Positions 54,415-64,000 of a DNA stretch of 64,000 bases are shown here, one piece after another. Location: the NCBI RefSeq assembly GCF_009914755.1, contig NC_060947.1; one strand, given 5' to 3'. How positions within the stretch are numbered: position 1 is the stretch's first letter; each line of letters begins with the position of its first letter. The notes under the pieces are model-generated. The model saw only the letters and a list, made by a program, of their open reading frames with translations, was not told where the DNA came from and ran no database searches. The position numbers were made by a program, and so were the translations under genes. This DNA comes from the human T2T-CHM13v2.0 reference genome, Homo sapiens.

Positions 54415-57400
54415 TGTATTAGCCAGGTTTCTCTAGCGGGACAGAACTAATAAGATAGAGGTATATATAAAGGGGAGTTTATTAAGGAATATTGACTCAC
54501 ACGATCACAAGGTGAAGTCCCACAATAGGCCATCTGCAAGCTGAAGAGCAAGGATGCCAGTCCGAGTCCCAAAACCTCAAAAGGAAGGAAGCCAACAGTG
54601 CAGTCTGTGGCCAAAGGCCCAAGAGCCCCTGGCAAACCGCTTGTTTAGGTCCAAGAGTCCAAAAGCTAAAGAACTTGGAGTTCGAGGGCAGGAAGCATTT
54701 AGCATGGGAGAAAGATGAAGTCCGGAAGACTCAGAAAGTCTGCTCTTCCATCCTCTCCTGCCTGCTTTGTTCTGGCCATGCTGGCAGCTGATTAGATGGT
54801 GTCCACCCAGATTGAGAGTGGGTCTGCCTCTCCCAGTCCACCGACTCAAATGTTAATGTCCTTTGGCAACACCCTCACAGACAAACCCAGAAACAATACT
54901 TTGCATCCTTCAATCCAATCAAGTTGATACTCAATATTAATTATCACAAGTCCACCCCTTGTCAACTTGAACCCATACACACCTCCTGAAATCATACATA
55001 ATCTTCAAATAAATACATTAAAAAGGTCATAATTATGCCTAACATAATACAGCTATTCTTTGTACAACTGGAAACACACCAGTCCTTAACCTGAATGCTA
55101 TTACATAAAGTTAACAACACTTAAATTCTGATAGGAAGTCAATAAATCTTATGTCACATGATAACAGAAAAAGAAAGGAAATTAAATGAAGGTATTTTCT
55201 TAGAATAAGTATATACATGTACAAACACGTTCGTAACAAAATAAGGAGAAAATAGTCATGATAATTACAGTCCTCATTTCTGCAACTGGTTACACGGTCA
55301 TAGCTGATATTGATGACTACTTTCTTCTACCACCCATTCTGTATTTCCTTTGCCTTCAGCAAGCACCTCAGCAGTTCGTGGTTTTTTACTTGGTGGAGTG
55401 ACCCAAACCATTCCTGAGGGGTCTGGGCCATTTGTAGTCCTGCTAGGATTGGGCTGTTGTTGTTTCCCATTGACCTTAATCACAGGACATGGTAATACTA
55501 AGAGACACCCTAAAAGATCTCCTGTATTTCATACATACTCTTCCTTACGTCCATTGTTGAGTAGTAGACTGACTTCACCTTGATAGTATGGGTCAATCGC
55601 TCCAGCCAATATTGTAACTCCCTTCTTAGCCTGTTAACTTAGAGATAGAAGGAACCCAAAGTGGATAGGTGGCAATCTTAACTTCCAGTTTAATGGAATC
55701 ATTGTTGTGTCTCCTGGTGGCAGCATTCCTCCCTCTGGAACTATGACCTCTAGGCCAGCAGAACATAATGTGACAGAAACAGGAAGCAAAAATTTTGCTA
55801 GTGGGTCACTAAGGGTGATGGTGAGTGATAGCACTTCCACCCCTTGATTCCTGAACCCGTGAATCCTGGCTATGAGAGAAGCAGTAGCATATATTGGATG
55901 CTGATTCAGAGCATGTACAGCCTTCTGGAGAACTTTGCCCCAGCCCTGCAAAGTATTGTAACATATTAGGCATTGTAATTGTGGCTTCAAAAGCCATTCC
56001 ACAATTCTATCAATCCAGTACTTCAGGATGATGGGGAACATGGTAAGACCAGTGAATTCTATAAGCATGAGCCCACTGCTGCACTTCTTTAGCTATAAAG
56101 TGAGTGCCTTCATCAGAGGCAATGCTATGTGGAATACCATGACAGTGGATAAGGCATTCCATGAGTCCACAGATGGTATTTTTGGCAGAAGCATTGGGTG
56201 CAGGATAGATAAACTTATATCCGGAGTAAGTGTCTATTCTGGTGAAGAAAAACCGCTGCCCTTTCCATGATGGAAGAGGTGCAATATAATCAACCCTCCA
56301 CCAAGTAGCTGGCTGATCACCACGAGGATGACGCCATGTCAAGGGCTCAGTGTTGGTCTCGCTGCTGGGAAATTGGGCACTCGGGGTGGCCATAGCCAGG
56401 TCATTCTTGGTGAGTGGAAGTCTATGTTGCTGAGCCCATGTGTAACCTCCATCCCTGTCACCATAGCCACTTTGTTCATGGACCCATTGGGTGATGAAAG
56501 GGCTGGCTGGGGAAAAAAGCTGAGTGGTATCCACAGAATAAGTCATCCTATTCACTTTATTAAAATCATCCTCTGCTGAGGTCACCCTTTTGTGAGCTCT
56601 CACATGAGATACAAATATCTTCACAGTTTTTGACCACTCAGAGAGGTCCATTCACATACCTCTTCCCCAAATATCTTTGTCACCAATTTTGCAATCATGC
56701 TTCTTCCAAGCCCCCAACTATCAAGCCAAACCATTGGCTACCGCCCATGAAAGAGCATATAGTCGCATGTCTGACCATTTCTCTTTTCAAGAAAAGTGCA
56801 CAATGAAGTGCATTGCTCAAAGTTCTGCCCACTTGGAAGATTTCTCTTTGCCACTGTCCTTCAGGCATGTCCTAGAAAGGTGCTGTAGTGCTACAGCTGT
56901 CCACTTCCAGGTGGTGCCTGCATATCATGCAGAGCCTTCTGTAAGCCCCTGTCAACTGATCATAGGGAACTCCCCATGTGGACACTGGTGCAGGCTGGGG
57001 GAGAGAAGGCAGGGTGGCAGGAGTGGAGACGATGGGCATTTGAGCCACTTCCTCATGTAACTTACTTGTGCTTTCAGAACCTGCTGGAGCCCGATCACAT
57101 ATATACCACTTCCATTTGATAATGAAATGCTGCTGTGCATACCCCAGTTCATGGCTAGATGGGTCAGAAAGCACCCAATTCATGATAGGCAGTTCAGGTC
57201 GCATGGTGATTTGATGACTCATTTTCAAACACTCACTTTCTACCAAAGCCTGGTAACATGCCAAGAGCTATTTCTCAAAAGGAGAGTAGTTATCTGCAGA
57301 AGATGGCAGAGCCTTGCTCCAAAATCCTAGAGGTCTCTGCTGTGATTCACCTATGGCGGCCTTCCAAAGTCTCCAAACAGCATCCCTATCTGCCACTGAA

Positions 57401-60064
57401 ATCTCAAGCGCCATTGGATCTGCTGGATCATGTGGCCCAAGTCACAGAGCAGCTTGCACAGCAGCCTGGACCTGTTGCAGAGCCTTCTCCTGTTCTGGAC
57501 CCCACCCAAAACTGGCAACTTTTCAGGTCACTCAATAAATGGGCCACAGAAACACACCCAAATGAGGAATACATTGCCCCCAAAATCCATATAGGCCCAA
57601 GAGGCATTGTGCCTCTTCCTTGGTTATAGGAAGGGCCAAATGCAACAACTTATCCTTCACCTTAGAAGGAATATCTCAACAGGCCCCACATCACTGGACC
57701 TCATGAAATTTCACTGAGGTAGAAGGCCCCTGAATTTTAGTCAGATTTATTTCCCATCCCCTGGCACACAAATGTCTCACTAATAGGCCCAGTGTGTTTG
57801 TTAATTCTTGCTCACTGTGTCCAATGAGCATAATGTCATCAATTTAATGCACCAGTGTGGTATCTTGTGGAAGGTAACAGCAATCAAGATATCTGCAAAC
57901 AAGGGTATGACACAAAGCTAGAGAGTTGGTATACTCCTGAGTTAAGACAGTGAAGGTATATTGCTGGCCTTTCCAACTGAAGGCAAATTGTTTCTGGTGG
58001 GCCTTATGGACAGGAATGGAGAAAAAGGCATTTGCCAAATCAATGGCTACATACCAGGTGACGGGTTAATTTGCTCAAGCATTGAAACCACATCTGGTAC
58101 AGCAGCTGCAATTGGAGTCACCACTTGGTTAAGCTTATGATAACCCACTGTCATTCTCCAAGATCCATCTGTCTTCTGCATGGGCCAAATAGGAGAGTTG
58201 AATGAGGATGTGGTGGGAATCACAACCCCTGCATCTTTCAAGTCCTTGATGTGGTACTAATCTCTGCAATCCCTCCAGGGATGCAATATCGTTTTTGATT
58301 TACTATTTTTCTAGGTAGAGGCAGCTCTAATGGCTTGCATTTGGCTTTTCCCACCATAATACTCCTCACTCTGCCAATCAGGGAGCCAATGTGGTTCTGC
58401 CAGCTGCTCAGTATGTCTATGCTGATTTTACGTTCTGGCACTGGGAAAATGACCAGAGGACGAGTCCAATGACCCATTGGATTCACTCTAAGTTGGATAT
58501 GAGCAAAAACTCCATTAATTACCTGACCTCCATAAGCCCCTACTTTAATTGGAGGACCGTAATGATGTTTTGGGTCATTTGGAGTCAATGTCAGCTCAGA
58601 GCTAGTGTCCACTAGTCCCCAAAAGGTCTGATCATTCCCCTTTCCCCAGTGCAGAGTTACCCTGGTAAAAGGCTGTAGGTCCTCTTGGGGAAAGATGGGA
58701 GAAAGATAAACATTATAAATTGTCGGTAGTAGAGTGGGCGTCCTTCCTCAAGGGTACATGGCCTCCTTTTCATTCAAGGGGTTCTGGGTCTATAAACTGG
58801 TTCAAGTCTGGAAATTGATTGAGGGGCCATGATTCTCTATTTTTATAATTCAAATTAGTATTTAGTCCACTTGACCTGAAAGTTTTCTGCTTATACAAAT
58901 TAAGTAAGAATGCAGTAGGTTTCCTGTCAATTTCACTTCTAGGAACACCATGATTAATTAGCCAATGCCAGAGTTCTACACAAGTCAGACTTTTCAGATT
59001 GCTGCTTTGCCTTTGCTCTCCATTATGGAAGCTACACCCACCTTGCCTCTGAAGGTTGAGGGCTATTCCTTGGCCCCTGCCACCTCAGGATCCAATTATT
59101 CCTATTGCATTTAAATTGTGTAATTGAGTGACTGCAGTTCCCACTGTAAGAGTTGGCATACAGAGAATAGCAATCACAGAGCTCTTCAAGGATGCAGGTG
59201 TTCCCTTCACGATCTATTTCACAAGGTATTGGTGAAGGGTATGTCTTCTGGACCCTCCCACCTGGGATGAGTAGGTCTAAAGTGACTAATCCACTCTAGC
59301 ATCTCAATCTCCCCATTCCTTTGGATCCCTTCCTCTACATTAAACAAAGGGAGATAAGACATTTCTAGCTCACTCACAGGGGCCCATCTTTTGATCATAT
59401 TTCAGCTAACCAAGTGAATAAACTATTAGATCCTTTTTTAACTCCCTGAGATGCAACATTAAATGCAGAATCCCTGCTTAGTGGGTGCAAATCAATAAAT
59501 TCAGCCTGATCCAACTTTATGTTCCTTCCACCATTATCCCACATCCTTAATATCCATTCCCATGCCTTTTCTCCAGATTTCTGCTTATATAAATTAGAAA
59601 ATTCAAGCAGTTCTTTTGAGGTATAGTGCACCTCCTCATGGGTCACACTCTGAACCTCACCTCTAGGGGCCTGCCAGTACTTTAGTGCAGTTACAGGTCT
59701 AGAAGCAAACAGAGGTGTTGGGGGTGGGACATGAAGAGAATCGGCATTGTCTTTCCTGGCAACTGCCCCAAGTGAGGCCATCACTGTTGCCTTGGGCAGT
59801 GCATGGTTAATCTCCTCAGACAAAGGTGGATAGACTGATGGCAGCATGGGTGGGGGAGGGGATGTTGTCACCACTGGGGGTGGGGTAGCTCTTTCTTCTG
59901 ACAAAAAGTCTCATCAGACTCTGAGCTCAGTGTCTCCAGCTTCATCAGCATCCTCCCACATGTCCCCATTTCAAGTTGCAGGGTCTCATTCTTTTCCAAT
60001 CAATGCCCTCACTTTAACAGTAGACACCTGGCAAGACTGAGTGTGCACCTTTCATTGCAGGTCA
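54415..60064 (-). mobile_element. HERV-L provirus: MLT2A 3' LTR (54415-54948), dUTPase, IN, RNase H, RT, pro, gag; 5' end missing here
   Basis: PEGGMLPPGDTTMIPLNWKLRLP (dUTPase); WRVDYIAPLPSWKGQ...IDTYSGY (IN); [18 protein letters not shown] (RT); AWEWILRMWDNGG (gag); all frames broken. Confidence 0.9.
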
Positions 60065-60069
60065 AATAC

Positions 60070-61557
60070 CTCATGACCAAGTTGGATTTATCCCAGGGAT
60101 GCAAGAATGTGTCAACATAGACAAATCAATTAAAGCGATACATCATGTAAACAGAATGACAAGAAAAAATATGATCTCTGATTGATGTTGAAAAAGCATT
60201 TGATAAAATTCAACAATCCATTGTAATAAAAACCATCAGAATACTGGGTAAAGAAAGATCAAACCTCAACACAATAAAAGCATTATATGACAGACCCACA
60301 GCTAGCTTCTTACTGAATGGGGAAATAGTGAAAGCCTTTCCTCTAAGATCTGGAACATGACAAGGATGTGCAATTTTACCACTGCTTTCAACATAGTCCT
60401 GGAAGTCCTAGATGGAGCAATTGGACAAGAGATAGAAACAAAGGGAATCTGAATTAAAAAGAAGGAAGTCCAATTATCCTTGTTTGCAGATGACATAATA
60501 TCATATTTTGAAAAACCTAAAGATTCCACCACAAAACCTGTTAGAACTGATAAATTCAGTAAATTTGCAAGATACATTAACATTAAAAAATCAGTAGCAT
60601 TTCTACATGCCAACAGTGAACAATCTGAAAAATGAGTCAAGAAAGTAATTCATTTAAAATACTATGAATAAAATAAAATACCTAGGAATTAACTTAACCA
60701 AAGAACTGGAATATCTCTGTGATGAAAACAATAAAATATTGATTAAAGAAATCAAAGATGACACAAAAAATGAAAAGAAATTTTATGTTAATAGATGATT
60801 GGAAGAATCAATGTTGTTAAAATGTTCATACTATCTAAAACAATCTATATTTTCAATGCAATCCCTAACAAAATACCAATGACATTCTTCACAGAAATAG
60901 AAAAAGAATCTTAATATGTGTAGGGATCTGTAAAGGACTCTGAAGAAAGGTATCTTGAGCAAAAAGCACAAAACTGGAAGAATCATGTTACCTGACTTCA
61001 AATTATTCCACACAGCTTCAGCAACCAAAATAGCATTATAGTAGCATAAAAACTGACACATAGATCAGTGGAACAGAATAGAGAACCCAGAGATCAATCC
61101 ACACATCTATGGTAAAGGTAGATTGTGCAGGGAAATTGTGCAGGGAAAGCTGGATACCCTTATGTAGAAAATTAAAGCTAGACCCCTATATCTTACCATT
61201 ATACAAAAAACAAATCAAAGTGGATTAAAGACTTAAATCTAAGATCTCAAACTATGAAAGTACTAAAAAGAAAACTTTGGGGAAACTGTCTGGGACATTG
61301 GTCTGGGCAATTATTTCCTGAGTAATACCCCAAAGCATAGGCAAACAAAGCAAAAATGGACAAATAGGATTATATCAAGTTAAAAAGCTTCTGCACAACA
61401 AAGGAAACAATCAACAAGAAGAAGAGACAACAGACAAAATAGGAGAAAATATCTGCACACTATCCATCTGGTGAGGGATTAATAACCAGAATACATAAGG
61501 AGTTCAAGAAAATCAATAGGAAAAGAATCTCATAATCCCATGAAAATAGGCAAAATA
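60070..61557 (+). mobile_element. L1MA-like ORF2 fragment
   Basis: TCATGACCAAGTTGGATTTATCCCAGGGATG...TTGTTTGCAGATGACATAAT...AAAAGCTTCTGCACAAC. Confidence 0.8.
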
Positions 61558-64000
61558 AGGTGGCTGGCAACATGGCCAAACAGGAACAGCTCCAGTCTGC
61601 AGCTCTCAGGTAGATCAGCGCAGAAGGTGGGTGATTTCTACTTTTCCAACTGAGGTACCTGGCTCATATCATTGGGACTGCTTAGACAGAGGGTGCAGCC
61701 CGTGGACAATGAGCCAAAATTGGGTGGGGCATTGCCTCACCCAGGGAGCACAAGGGGTCAGAGAACTCCCTCCCCTAGCCAAGGGACGCCATGAGGGACC
61801 CTGCCATGAGGAATGGTGCGCTCCTTCTCAAATATTACACTTTTTCCATGGTCTTCGCAACATGCAGACCAGGAGATTCCCTCGGGCACCTAGGCTACCA
61901 GGGCCCTAGGTTTTAAGCACAAAACTGGGTGGCCATTTGTGCAGACACTGGGCTAGCTGCACGAGTTTTTGTTTTTTGTTTTTCATACCCCAGTGGCACC
62001 TGGAACACCAGAGAGACAGAACCGTTCACTCTCCTGGAAAGGGGGCTGAAGCCAGGGAGCCAAGTGGTCTAGCTCAACAGATCCCACCCCCATGGAGCCC
62101 AGCAAGCTAAGATCCACTGGCTTGAAATTCTTGCTGCCAACACAGCAGTCTGAAGACGACCTGGGATGTTCCAGTTTGGTGGCAGGTGGGGCATCCAACA
62201 TTACTGAGGCTTGAGTAGGCAGTTTTCTCCTCACAGTGTAAACAAAACCACCAGGAAGTTCCAACTGGGCAGAGCCCATGGGAGCATGGGAAAGCCTCTG
62301 TGGCCAGACTGCCTCTCTAGATTCCTCCTCTCTGGACAGGGCGTCTCTGAAAGAAAGGCAGCAGCCCCAGACAGTGGCTTATAGATAAAATTCCCATCTT
62401 CCTGGGACAAAGTACCTGGGGGAAGGGGCGGCTGTGGGCACAGCTTCAGCAGACTTATTCTTGCATGCTGGCTCTGAAGAGAACAGCAGATCTCCCAGCA
62501 CAGCGCTCGAACTCTGATAAGGGACAGACTGCCTCCTCAAGTGGATCCCTGACCCCCACGTCTCCTGACTGGAAGACACCTCCCAGAAGGGGTCAACAGA
62601 CACCTTATAAAAGAGAGCTCCAGCTGGCATCTGGCAGGTGCCCCTCTGAGACGAAGCTTCCAGAGGAAGGAACAGGCAGCAATCTTTGCTGTTCTGCAGC
62701 CTCCACTGGTGATACCCAGGCAAACAGGGTCTGGAGTGGATCTCCAGCAAACTCCGGCAGACCTGCAGAAGAGGGCCCTGACTGTCAGAAGGAAAACTAA
62801 AAAACAGAAGGAATAACATCAATATCAACAAAAAAGATGTTCACACAGAAACTCCATCTGAAGGTCATGAACATCAAGGATCAAAGGTAAATAAATCCAC
62901 GAAGATGACAAAAAGCCAGCGCAAAGAGGTTGAAAATTCCCAAAACCGGAATGAATCTTCTGCTCCAAAGGATCACAACTCCTTGCCAGCAAGGGAACAA
63001 AACTGGACAGAGAATGAAACTGAAGAACTGACAGAGGTAGGCTTCAAAACTTGGACAATAACAAACTCCTCTGAGCTAAAGGAGCATATTCTAACCCAAT
63101 GAAAGGAAGTGAACAACTTTGAAAAAAAAATTAGATGAATTGCTAACTAGAATAACCAGTTTAGAGAAGAACATAAATGACCTGATGGAGCTGAAAAACA
63201 CAGCACAAAAACTTTATGAAGCATACACAAGTATCAGTAGCTGAATCCATCAAGTGCAAGAAAGGATAACAGAGATTGAAGATCAACTTAATGAAATAAA
63301 GCATGAAGACAAGATTAGAGAAAAAAGAATGAAAAGGAATGAATAAAGCCTGCAAGAAATATGGGACTATATGAAAAGACCAAACCTACATTTGATTGGT
63401 GTACCTGAAAGTGATGGGGAGAATGGAACCAAGTCGGAAAACACTCTTCAGGATATTATCCAAGAGAACTTCTTCAACCTAGAAAGACAGGCCAACATTC
63501 AAATTTAGGAAATACAGAGAAAACCACAAAGATACTCCTTGAGAAGAGCAACCCCAAGACACATAATCGTCAGATTCACCAAGACTGAAATGAAGAAAAA
63601 AATGTTAAGAGCAACCAGAGAGAAAGGTTGTGTTACCCACAAAGGGAAGTCCACCAGACTAACAGTGGATCTCTCTGCAGAAACTTTCCAAGCCAGAAGA
63701 CAGTGGGGGTTAATATTCAACACTTTTAAGGAAAAGAATTTTCAACTCAGAATTTTATATCAGGCCAAACTAAGTTTTGAAATAAAATCCTTTACAGACA
63801 AGCAAATGCTGAGAGATTTTGTCACCACCAGGCCTGCCTTACAAGAGCTCCTGAAGGAAGCACTAAATATGGAAAGGAAAACCAGTACCAGCCACTGCAA
63901 AAACATACCAAATTGTAAAGACCACTGACACTTTGAAGAAACTGCATCCACTAACGAGCAAAATAACCAGCTAGCATCATAATGACAGGATTAAATTCAC
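61558..64000 (+). mobile_element. L1PA (about PA7/8) 5' UTR, disrupted ORF1 and ORF2 start (ATG at 63982); runs off the window
   Basis: GGCTGGCAACATGGCCAAACAGGAACAGCTCCAGTCTGCAGC 5' end; ORF1 remnants RATPRHIIVRF and MLRDFVTTRPALQELL; ATGACAGGA. Confidence 0.88.

Noticed and set aside
60070-61557. Similarity to the L1 at 2866-5500 as a possible segmental duplication
   Set aside because: The copies differ at many positions, as expected for independent members of one L1MA subfamily, and their flanks do not match.

Overview
Primate (very probably human X-chromosome) genomic DNA, dominated by L1 and LTR retroelements. It contains one recognisable gene: an intronless, CpG-island-embedded poly(A)-binding-protein retrogene of the PABPC1L2A/B type on the + strand (AUG ORF 13144-13746, 200 aa, RRM1+RRM2 only). 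That reading frame stays open upstream to 12178. It contains several GUG codons in strong Kozak context, which would add an acidic Ala/Glu/Val-rich N-terminal extension, and eight out-of-frame AUGs form an ORF that overlaps the annotated start. The rest of the window is nested transposons: two 5'-inverted young L1PA insertions, a full-length L1PA3/4, an SVA_A-like element, tandem Alus, ERVL/HERV-L, MST and ERV1 (MER4-group) proviral pieces, and old L1M, L2 and MIR copies. Matching target-site duplications (TSDs) show that two ERVL proviruses, an ERV1 provirus and their host L1 are each split into oppositely oriented halves at about 18-26.7 kb and 40-60 kb. This implies an inversion of about 33 kb with breakpoints near 26.7 kb and 60.07 kb. 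Repeat subfamily names come from my memory of consensus sequences, not from RepeatMasker, and boundaries of old elements are approximate.
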